Assembly (NCBI RefSeq): GCF_009914755.1
Contig: NC_060939.1
From: the human T2T-CHM13v2.0 reference genome, Homo sapiens
Reading direction: 5' to 3' (one strand)
Length of the DNA: 64,000 nt
The notes under the pieces are model-generated. The model was not told the DNA's origin. It saw only the letters and a list, made by a program, of their open reading frames with translations, and made no database searches. Position 1 is the first letter of the stretch, and each line of letters opens with the position of its first letter. Shown here in pieces: positions 41,901 through 54,200 of this stretch. The translations under genes were made by a program, and so were the position numbers.

Positions 41901-44635
41901 ACTGTTTTGGAATCCTACATGAGGGAGAAACATTCAGACCCCAGCAGAAGTGTTCTGGAATCTTATTGCAGGTACAAACACTCAGAACCCAGCAGCAGTG
42001 TTCTGGAATCCTATGTTAGGGACTCACATTCAGAACCTCGTACCAGAGTTTTGGAATCCTCTGTGAGGGACAACCTTTCAGACCAAAGCAGCAGTGTTCT
42101 GGAATCCTATGTGAGGAATAAACATTCACAGCACAGCAGGAGTTTTCTGGTATCCTATTTAGGGGACAAACATTCAGACCCTCTTAGCAGTGTTGTGAAA
42201 TCCTATGTAAAGGACAAACATTCAGACCACAGCAGTAGTGATCTGGAATCCTATGTGAAGGACAAATATTCAGAAGCCTGCTGCAGTGTTCTAAAATCCT
42301 ATGTGACAGACAAACATTCAAATCTTCGTAGCAGTGTTCTGGAATCCTATGCGAGGGACAAACATTCAGACCACAGCAGCACTGTTCTGGAATCCTATGT
42401 GAGAGATAAACACCCAGACCACAGCAGGAGTGTTCTGGAAGTCTATGTGATGAACAAACATTCAGAACACAGCAGGGGTGTTCTGGAATCCTGTGTGAGT
42501 GACAAACATTCACACCCAGCAGCATTGTTCTGGAGTCCTGTGTGTGGGACAAACATTCAGACCACAGCAGGAGTGTCCAGGAATCCTATGTGAGGGACAA
42601 ACATTCAGACCCTCATAGCAGTGTTCTGGAGTCCTATGTGAGAGAAAAACACTCGGAAGCCAGCAGCAGATTTCTGGAATCCTATGTGAGGGACAAAGAT
42701 TGAGAACCCCGTAGAAGTGTTCTGAAATCATATGTGAGGGACAAACTTCCAGACCCCAGCAGCAGTGTTCTTGAATCTTATGTGAGGGACAAACATTCAG
42801 ATCAAATCAGGAGTGTTTTGGAATCCTATGTGAGGGACAAACATTCAGATTAAAGCAGGAGTGTTCTGGAATCCTAATTCAGGGACACACAGTTCAGACC
42901 ACAGCAAGAGTGCCCTGGAATCCCATGTGTGGGAGAATAATTCAGACGGTTGCTGCAGTGTTCTTGAATCCTATGAGAGGGAAAAACATTCAGACCCTCG
43001 TAGCACTGTTCTCGAATCCTATGTGAGAGACAAACACTGCGAACCCAGCAGTGTTCTGGAATCCAATGTGAGGGACAATCATTGAGACCAAAGCTGGGGT
43101 GTTCTGGAATCCTACGTGTAGAACAAGCATTCAGAACCTCGTACCATTGTTCTGGAATCCTCTGTTAGGAAAATACATTCAGAACACAGAAGGAGTGTTC
43201 TGGAGTCCTATGTGCAGGACAAATATTCAGACCCTCGTAGCTGTGTTCTGGAATCCTATATGAAGGAAAAACGCTAAGAACCCAGCAGCAGTGTTCCGGA
43301 ATCCTATGTGAGGAACAAACATTCAGACCACAATAGCAGTGTTCTGGAATCTTATGTGAGGGACAAACATTCAGATCCTCTTAGAAGTGTTCTGGAATCC
43401 TATGTGAGGGGCAAAGTTTTAGAACAAAGCAGCAGTGTTCTAGAATCTTATGTGAGGGGCAAAGTTTTAGAACAAAGCAGCAGTGTTCTAGAATCTTATG
43501 TGAGGGACAAACATTCAGACCACAGCAGGAGTGTTCTAGAAACCTATGTGAGGGAGAAACATTCAGTCCCAAGGAGCAGTGTTCTGGAATCCTATGTGAG
43601 GGACAGACATTTAGACCGACGTAGCAGTGTTCTGGAATCCTACGTCAGGAACAAACACTCACAACCCAGCGGCAGTGTTCTGGAATCCTATGTGAAGGAC
43701 AAACATTCAGACCACAACAGGAGTGTTCTGGAATCCTATGTGATGGACAAACATTCAGTACCCAGGAGCAGTGCTCTGGAATCCTATGTGAGAGACAAAC
43801 ATTTAGACCCACACAGCAGCGTTCTGGAATCATAAGTGTGAGACAAACACTGAGAACCTCAGAGCTTTCTTCTGGAATCCTAAGGGAGGAACAGATATTG
43901 AGACCACAGCAGGAATGTTTTGGAATCGTATGTGAGGGACAAACATTCAGACGACGGCAGCAGTGTTATGGAATGCTTTGTGAGGGACAAACAGTCACAA
44001 CCCAGCAGCAGTGTCCTGGAATTCTATTTTGGGACAAACACTCAGACAACAGAAGCAATGTTTTGGAATCCTATGTGATGGAGAAACGTTCAGACTGCAG
44101 CAGGATTGTTCTGGAATACCAAGTGAGGCACAGACAACAGCAGGAGTGTTCTGGAATCCTATGTGAGGGTCAAATTTTCAGTTGATAGCAGTAGTGCTCT
44201 GGAATCCTATGTGAGGGACAAACTTTCAGACCCTCGTAGGAGTGTTCTAGAATCCTTTCTGAGGGACAAACACTCAGAACCCAGCTGCTGTGTTCTGGAA
44301 TCCAATCTGAGGTACCAATATTCAGAAGACAGCATTAGTGTTACGGAATCCTTTGTGATTTACAATCATTCAGACATTCGCAGCAGTTTTCTGGAATCCT
44401 ATGTGAGGGAGAAGCCATCAGAACCCAGCAGCAGGGTTCTGGAATCCTATGTGAGAGAAAATCATTCAGAGCACAGCTAGGGTGCTCTGGAATTCTACGT
44501 GTGGGACTAGCATTCAGAACTTCGTAGCATTGTTCCGGAATCCTAGGTTAGGGAAACACATTCAGAACACAGCAGGTGTGTTCTGGAGTCCTATGTACGG
44601 GACAAACATTCAGACCCTTGTAGCAGTGTTCTGGA

Positions 44636-45226
44636 ATCCTATGTGAGGGACAAGCACTTAAACCCAAGTAGCAGTGCTCTGCAATTGTACTTGAGGGACA
44701 AGCACTCTGAATCCAACAGCAGTGTTCTGTAATCCTGAGTGAGGGACAAACATTCAGACCACAGCAGGAGTGTTCCGGAATCGTAAGTGAGGAACAAACA
44801 TTCAGACTCCAGCATGTGTGTTCTGGTATCCTATGTGAGGGAGAATAATTTAGACGCTTGTAGCAGTGTTCTGGAATCCTATGTGAGGGACCAACATTCA
44901 GACCCTCGTAGCAGTGTTCTGGAGTCCTATGTGAGGGACAAGCACTTAAACCCAAGTAGCAGTGCTCTGCAATTGTACTTGAGGGACAAGCACTCTGAAT
45001 CCAACAGCAGTGTTCTGTAATCCTGAGTGAGGGACAAACATTCAGACCACAGCAGGAGTGTTCCGGAATCGTAAGTGAGGAACAAACATTCAGACTCCAG
45101 CATGTGAGTTCTGGTATCCTATGTGAGGGAGAATAATTTAGACGCTTGTAGCAGTGTTCTGGAATCCTATGTGAGGGACCAACATTCAGACCCTCGTAGC
45201 AGTGTTCTGGAGTCCTATGTGAGGGA
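44636..45226. repeat. Near-perfect 288-bp (6-monomer) tandem duplication
   Basis: acaagcacttaaacccaagtagcagtgctctgcaattgtacttg... recurs at an offset of 288 bp. The minus-strand ORF 44548-45264 contains a duplicated 96-aa block. Confidence 0.9.
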
Positions 45227-48200
45227 CAAACATTTAGACCCATGTAACACTGTTCTGGAATCAAACATGAGGGAAAAACACTCAGAACCCAAAAGCAGTG
45301 TTATGGAATCCTACATAAGGGACAATAATTCAGATCCTCGTAGCAGTGTTCTGGAATCCTATTAGAGGGGCAAACATTCAGACCCTCGTAGCAGTGTTCT
45401 GAATTCTATTTGAGGGACAACACTCAGAACCCAGTGACACTGTTGTAGAATGCTTTGTGTGGGGCAATCATTCAGACCACAGCTAGGGTGTTCTGGAATC
45501 CTACGTGTGAGACAAACATTCAGATCCTCGTAGCAGTGTTCTGGAATCTTACGTGAGGGACAAACATTGAGACTCTCGTAGCAGTGTTCTGGAATCCTAT
45601 GTGAAGGACAAACACTCAGAACCCAGAAGCAGTGATCTGGATTCCTATGTAAGGGACAAACATTCAGACCACAGCAGGAGAGTTCTCGAAACCTAAGTGA
45701 GGAACAAACACTCAGACCACAGCAGGAATGTTTTGGAATCCTATGTGAGGGAGAAATATTCAGACCACAGCAGGATTATTCTGGAATCCCATGTGAGGCA
45801 CAAACACCCAGACCACAACAGGAGTGTTCTGGAATCCTATGTGAGGGTCAACCATTCAGACCACAGCAGTAGTGTCCTGGAATCCTATGTGAGGGACAAA
45901 CATTCAGAACCTCGCAACAGTGTTCTGGAATCGTATGATAGGGACAAACACTCAGAACCCAGCAGCAGAGTTCTGGAATGTTATGTGAGAGACAAAATCT
46001 CAGACCCCAGCAGCAGTGTTCTGGCATCCTATGTGAGGGATAAACACTCAGAAAGTAGCAGCAGTGTTCTGGAATCCTATTAGAAGGACAAACATTCAGA
46101 CGAGAGCAGGAGTGTTCTGGTATCCTATGTGAGGTACAATCATTCAGTCCCTCGTAGCAGTGTTCTGGAATCCTATGTGAGGGACAAACATTTAAACTCT
46201 CGTAGCAGTGTTCTGGAATCCCATATCTGGGAGAAACACTTAGACCCATGTAGCACTGTTCTGGATCCCTACGTGAGGGACAAATACTCAGAACCCAACA
46301 GCAGTGTTCTGGAATCCTCAGTGAGGGACAAACATTCAGACCACAGCAAGAGTGTTCTGGAATCCTAAGTGAGGGACAAACATTGAGACCACAGCAGGAG
46401 TGTTCTGGAATCCTATGTGAGGAACAAACATTCAGACACTCGTAGTAGTGTTCTGGAATCCTATGAGAGGGACAAACATTTAGACCCACGTACCAGTGTT
46501 CTGGAATAGTATGTGAGGGACAAACACTCAGAACCCAACAGCAGTGTTCTGGAATCCTAAGTGAGGGACAAACATTTAGACCCACTTACCAGTGTTCTGG
46601 AATAGTACGTGAGGGACAAACACTCAGAACCCAACAGCACTGTTCTGGAATCCTAAGTAAGGGACAAACATTCAGACCACAGGAGGAGTGTTCTGGAATC
46701 CTATGTGAGGGAGAATAATTCAGAACCTCGTAGCAGTTTTCTGGAATCCTATGTGAGGGACAAACATTCAGACCCCAGCAGCAGTGACATGAAATCCTAT
46801 GTGAGAGAGAATCTCTCAGAACCCAGAAGCAGTGTACCAGAATCCTATGTGAGGGCCAATCATTCAGACCATAGCTGGGGTGTTCTGGAAACCTAAGTGT
46901 GGGACAAATATTCAGACCCTCATAGCAGTGTTCTGGAACCCTATGTGAGGGACAAACATTTAGGCCCACGTAGCAGTGTTCTGGAATCGTACGTGAGGGA
47001 CAAACACTCAGAACCCAACAGCAGTATTCTGGAAACCTAAGTGAGGGACACACATTCAGACAACAGCAGGATGGTTCTGGATTCCTATGTGAGGGAGAAA
47101 CACTCAGAACCCAGCATCAGTGTTCTGGAATCCTATGTGAGAGACCATCAGAAAGACCACAGCTGGTGGGTTCTGGAATCCAAGTTTGGGACAAAGATTC
47201 AGACACTCGTAGCATTGTTCTGGAATCCTATGTGAGGAAAACACAATCAGAACACAGCAGGAGTGTTCTGGAATCCTATGTGCAGGACAAACATTAGGAC
47301 CCTCGTAGCAGTGTTCTGGAATCCTATGTGAGGGACAAACATTTAGACCCACGTAGCAGGGTTCTGGAATCATACTTGAGGGACAAACACTCAAATCCCA
47401 ACAGCAGTGTTCTGGAATCCTAAGTGAGGGACAAACATTCAGACAACAGCAGGAGTGTTCTGGAATCCTATGTGAAGAGAATAATTCAGACCCCTGTAGC
47501 AGTGCTCTGGAATCCTATGTGAGGGACAAACATTCAGACCTTCGTAGCAGTGCTCTGGAATCCTCTGTGAGGGATAAACATATAGACCCATATAACTGTT
47601 TTCTGGAATCTTATGTAAGGGAAAAACTCTCAGAATCCAACAGCAGTGTTCTGGAATCCTATGTGAGGGAGAAACACTCAGAATCCAGCAGCAGTGTTCT
47701 GGAATCCTATGTGAGGGACAGTCATCCAGACCACAGCTGGGATTTTTCTGGATCCCTACGTGTGGGACAAACATTCAGACCCTCTTAGCATTGTTCTGAA
47801 ATCCTATTTGAGGAAGAACATTCAGAATACAGCAGTAGTGTCCTGGAGACCTACGTGCGGGACAAACATACAGACCCTCGTAGCAGTGTTCTGGAATCCT
47901 ATGTGAGGGACAAATATTCAGACCACAGCAGGAGTGTTCTGGAATCCTATGTGAGGGACAATAAATCAGATGCTCGTAGCAGTGTTCTGGAATCCTATGT
48001 GAGGGACAATTTTCAGACCCTCATAGCAGTGTTCTGGAATCCTATGTGAGGGACAAACACTCAGAACCCAGGAGTAGTATTCTGGAATCCCATGTTAGGG
48101 ACAATCATTCAGACCACAGCTGAGTTGTTCTTTAATCCTACGTGTGGGACAAGCATTCAGACCCTCATAGCAGTGTTCTGGAGTCCTATGTGCGGGAGAA

Positions 48201-51200
48201 ACATTCAGACCCTTGTAGGAGTCTTCAGGAATCCTATGTGAGGGACATACATTTAGACCCACGTAGCAGGGTTCTGGAATCGTACTTGAGGGACAAACAG
48301 TCAGAACCCAACATCAGTGTTCTGGAATCTTAAGTGAGGGACAAACATTCAGACCATAACAGGAGTGTTCTGGAATCCTATGTGAGGGAGAATAATTCAG
48401 ACCCTCGTAGCAGTGTTCAGGAATCCTATTTGAAGGAGAAACACTCAGATCACAGCAGGATTCTTCTGGAATCCCATGTGAGGCAAAAACCCACAGACCA
48501 CAGCAGGAGTGTTCTGGAATCCTTTGGGTGGGTCAACCATTCAGACCACAGCAGTAGTGTTCTGGAATCTTATGTGAGGGACAAACATTCAGACTTTCGT
48601 AGCAGTGTTCTGGAATCCTATGCGAGGGAGAAACACTCAGAACCCAGCAGCAGTGTTTTGGATTCCTATGTGAGGGTCAAATAGACCACAGCAGTAGTGT
48701 TCTGGAATCCTTTGTGAGGAACAAACATTCAGACCCTCGTAGCAGTGTTTTGGAATCCTATGTGAGGGAAAAACACTCAGAACCCAGCAGCAGTGTTCAG
48801 GAATCCTATGTTAGGGACAGTCATTCAGACCACAGCTGGGGTGTTCCGGAATCCTACGTGTGGGACAAGCATTCAGACCCTCGTAGCATTGTTCTGGAAT
48901 CCTATGTTAGTAAAATGCATTCAGAACACAGCAGGAGTGTTCTGGAGTCCTATGTGTGGGACAAATCTTCAGACCCTCGTAGCCGTGTTCTGGAATCCTA
49001 TGTGAGGGAGAATAATACAGACCTTCGTAGCAGGGTTCTGGAATCCTATTTGAGGGACAAACACTCAGATGACAGCATGACTGTTCTGGAATCCCATGTG
49101 AGACACAAACATCCATACCACAGCAGGAGTGTTCTGGAATCCTATGTGAGGTTCAACCATTCAGACCACAGCATTGGTGTTCTGGAAATGCTATGTGAAG
49201 CAGAAACATTCAGACCCTCGTAGCAGTGCTCAGGAATCTTATGTGAGGGACAAACATTCAGACCCTCTTAGCAGTGTTCTGGAATCCTATGCGAGGGGGA
49301 AACACTAATAACCCAGCAGCTGTGTTTTGGAATCCTATGTGAGGATCAAATATTCAGACCACAGCAGTAGTGTTCTGGAATCCTTTGTAAGGGACAAACA
49401 TTCAGACCCTCGTAGCAGTGTTTTGGAATCCTATGTGAGGGAAAAACACTCAGAACCCAGCAGCAGTTTTCAGGAATCCTATGTTAGGGACAGTCATTCA
49501 GACCACAGCTGGGGTGTTCCGGAATCCTAAGTGTGGGAAAAACATTCAGGCCCTTCTAGCATTGTTTTGGAATCCTATGTGAGGGAGAATAATACAGACC
49601 TTCATAGCAGTGTTCTGGAATCCTATTTGAGGGACAAACACTCAGATGACAGCATGATTGTTCTGGAATCCTATGTGAGAGACAACCATTCAGACCACAG
49701 CAGTATTGTATTGGAATCCTAAGTGAGGGAGAAACATCCAGACCACAGCAGGAGTGTTCTGGAATCCTATGTCAAGGAGAAAAATACAGACCCTCGTAGC
49801 CGTGTTCTGTAATCCTATGTGAGGGACAAACACTCATATCCCAGCAGCAGTGTTCTGGAATCTTATGTGAGGGACAGACATTCAGACCCTCGTAGAAGTG
49901 TTCTGGAATCCTACGTGAGAGACAAAGAATCAGAACCCAGCTGCAGAGTTCTGGAATCTTATGTGAGGGACAAACATTCAGACAAGAGCGGGATTGTTCT
50001 GGAATTAAATGGGTTGGACAAACATTCTGACCCTCGTAGCAGTGTTCTGGAATCCTATGTGAGGGAAAAACTCTCAGAACCCAGCAGTAGTGTTATGGAA
50101 CACTATGTGAGGGAGAAACATTCAGAAGACAGCAGGGGTGTTCTGGAATCCCATGTGATGGAGAATAATTCAGAACCTCGTAGCAGTCTTTTGGAATCCT
50201 ATGTGAGGGAGAAAATCTCAAAACACAGCAGCAGTGTTCTGGAATCCTATGAGAGGGACAATCATTCAGACCACAGCTGGGGTGTTCTGGAATCCTATGT
50301 GTGGGACAAGCATTCAGAAACTCGTAGCATTGTTCTGGAATCCTATGTCAGGAAAATACATTCAGAACACATCAGGAGTCTTCTGGAGTACTTTGTGAGG
50401 GACAAACATTCAGACTCTCGTAGCCGTGTTCTGGAATCCTATCAGAGAGAATAATTCAGACCCTCCTAACAGGATTCTGGAATCCTTTTTGAGGGACAAA
50501 CACTCAGACCACAGCATAAATGTTTTGGAATCTTATGTGAAGTAGAAACATTAAGACCACAGGAGGATTGTTCTGGAATCCCATGTGAGGCACAAACACC
50601 CAGACCACAGCAGAAATGTTCTGGAATCCTGTGTGAGGGTCAACCATTCAGATCACAGCAGTAGTGTTCTGGAATCCTTTGTGAAGGACAAATATTCAGA
50701 CAAGAGCAGGAGTGTTCTGGAATCCTATGTGAGGGAAAATAATTCAGACCCTTGTACATTTGTTCTGGAATCCTATGTGAGAGACAAACACTCAGAACCC
50801 AGCAACAGTGTTCTGGAATCTTAGGTTTGGGACAAACATTCAGACCACAGCAGGAGTGTTCTCGAATCTCATGTGAGGAACAAACATTCAGACCCTCATA
50901 GCAGTGTTCTGGAATCATCTCTGAGGGACAAACACTCAAAATCAAGCAGCAGTGTTCTGGAATCCTATCTGAGGGACAAACATGCAGACCACAGCTGGGG
51001 TGTTCTGGAATCCTACGGGTAGGACAAGCATCCAGACCCTCGTCGCATTGTTCTGGAGTCCTATGTGAGGAAAATACATTGAGAACACGGCAGGAGTGTT
51101 TTGAAGTCCTATGTGAGGGATAAATATTCAGACCCTCATAGCGGTGTTCTAGAGTCCTATGTGTGGGACAAACATTTAGACCCACGTAGCAGTGTTTTGG

Positions 51201-54200
51201 AATCATACGTGAGGCACGGACACTCAGAACCCAACGGCAGTGTTCTGGAATCCTAATTGAGGGACAAACATTCAGACCACAGCAGGCGTATTCTGGAAAG
51301 CTATGTGAGGGAGAATAATTCAGACCCTCGTAACAGTGTTCTGGAATCCTATGTGAGGAACAAACATTCATACCCCAATGGTAGTGTTATGGAGTCCTAT
51401 TTGAGGGACAAACACTCAGACCACATCAGGAATGTTTTGGAATCCTATGTGAGTGAGAAACATTCAGACCACAGCAGGATTGTTCTGGAATCCCATGCGA
51501 AGCACAAACACCCAGACCACAGCAGTAGTGTTCTGGAATCATATGTGAGGGTCAACCACTCAGACCACAGCAGTAGGGTTCTGGAATCCTATGGAAGGGA
51601 TAAACATTCAGAACCTCGTAGCAGTGCTCTGGAATGTTACGTGAGGGACAAACATTCAGACCGCCTTAGCAGTGCTCTGGAATCCTATTTGAGGGAGAAA
51701 ACTCAGACCACAGCAGGAGTGTTCTGGAGTCCTATGTGAGGGAAAAACATTCAAACCACAGCAGGATTGTTCTGGAATTCCATGTGTGGCGCAAACCCCC
51801 ACACCACAGCAGGAGTGTTCTGGAATCCTATGTGAGGACAATCATTCAGACCACAGCTGGGATGTTCTGGAATCCTACGTGTGGGGCAAGCATGCAAACC
51901 CTCATAGCATTGTTCTGGAATCCTATGTGAGGAAAATACATTCAGAACACCGCTGGAGTGTTCTGGACTCCCTTGTGTGGGACAAACATTCAGACCATTC
52001 ATAGCAGTGTTCAGAAATCCTATGTGAGGGACAAACTTTCAGACTCTCGTAGCAGTGTTCTGGAATCTTATGTGAGGGAAAAACATTAAGACCCTCTTAG
52101 AAGTGTCCTGGAATCCTATGTGAGGGAAAAACACTCAAAACCCAGCAGCAGTGTTGTGGAATCCCATATGAGGGACAAACATTCAGACCGGGGCAGGAGT
52201 GTTCTGGAATCCTATGTGAGGTATAATCATTCAGACCGTCAAGGCAGTGTTCTGGAATCCTATGTGAAGGAGAAACAGTCAGAACCCAGCAGCAGTGTTC
52301 TGGAATCCTATATGAGGGACAAACATCAGACCCTCATATCAGTGTTCTGGAATCCTAAGTGAAGAACAAACAATCAGAACCCAGCAGCAGTGTTCTGGAA
52401 TCCTTTGTCAGGGAAAAACATTCAGATCACAGAAGGAGTGTTCTGGAATCCTATGTGAGGGACACACATTCAGAACACAGCATCATTGTTCTGGAATACT
52501 ATGTGAGGGACAAACTTTCAGACCACTGCAGGAGTGTTCTGGAATCCGATGTGAGGGACAAACTTTCAGACCCCAGAAGAAGTGTTCTGGAATCGTATTT
52601 GAAGCACAATCATTTAGACCCACGTAGCAGTGTTCTGGAATCTTACATGAAGGAAAAACACTCAGAACACAACAGCAGTGTTGTGGAATCTTACATGAGG
52701 GAAAAACACTCAGAACACAACAGCAGTGTTCTGGTATCCTAGGGGAGGGACACACTTTCAGATCACAGCAGGAGTGTTCTGGAATCCTATGTGAGGGAGA
52801 ATAATTCAGACCCTGGTAGCAGTGTTCTGGAATCCTATGTGAGGGACAAACTTTCAGACCCGAGTAGCAGTGTTCTGGAATCCTATTTGAGGAACAATCA
52901 CTCAGATCACAGCAGGAATGTTTTGGAATCCTATGTGAGGGAGACACATTCAGACCACAGCAAGATTGTTCTGGAATCTCACCTGAGGAACAAACACCCA
53001 GACCACAGCAGGAGTGTTTTGGAGTCCTATGTGAGGATCAGCCATTCAGACCACTGCAGCAGGGTTCTGGAATCTTATGTGAGGGACAAACATTCAGACC
53101 CTGTTAGCATTGTTCTGGAATCTTATGTGAGGGACAATAATGCGGACCCTCTTAGCAATGTTCTGGAATCCTATGTGAGGGACAAACATTCAGACCCCCG
53201 TAGGAGTGTTCTGGAATCCTATGTGAGGGACAAACACTCGGAATCCAGCAGCAGTGTTCTGGAATCTTATGTGAGGGACAAACATTCAGACCACAACAGG
53301 AGTGTTCTGGACTCCTATGTAAGGGACAAACATTCAGACCCCAGCAGCAGTGTTCTGGAATCCTATGTGAGGGACAAATATTTAGACCCAAGTAGCAGTG
53401 TTCTGGAATCATACGTGAGGGACAAACACTCAGAACCCCACAGTACTGTTCTGGAATCCTAAGTGAGGGACAAACATTCAGACCACAGCAGGAGTGTTCT
53501 GGAATCCTATGTGAGGGACAAACATTCAGACCACAGCGGCAGTGTTCTGGAATCCTATGTGAGGGACAAACAATCAGACCACAGCAGCAGTGTTCTGGAA
53601 TCTTATGTGAGGGACTCACATTCAGAACCTCGTAGCAGTGTTTTGGAATCCTATGTGAGGGACAAACATTGAGACACTCTTAGCAGTGTTCTGGAATCCT
53701 ATGTGAGGGACAAACATTCAGACCCAGCAGCAGTGTTCTGGAATCCTATGTGAGGGAGAAACAATCAGACCCTCGTAACAGTGTCCTGAAATCCTAAGGC
53801 AGGTACAAACCCTCAGAACCCAGCAGCAGTGTTCTGGAATCCTATGTTAGGGACTCACATTCAGAATTTCCTACCAGTGCTCTGGAATCCTCTGTGAGGG
53901 ACAGCCTTTCATACTACAGAAGCAGTGTTCTGGAATTGTATTTGAGGAATAAACATTCACAGTACAGCAGGAGTTTTCTGGTATCCTAAGTAAGGGACAA
54001 ACATTCAGACCCACTTAGCAGTGTTGTGAAATCCTATGTCAAGGACAAACATTCAGACCCCAGCAGCAGTGCTCTGGAATGCCATGTGAGGGACAAACAT
54101 TCGGACCACAGCAGGAGTGTTCAGGAATCCTATGTGAGGTACAAACATTCAGATTACATCAGGAGTATTCTGGAATCCTATATGAGGGGCAAACATTCAG

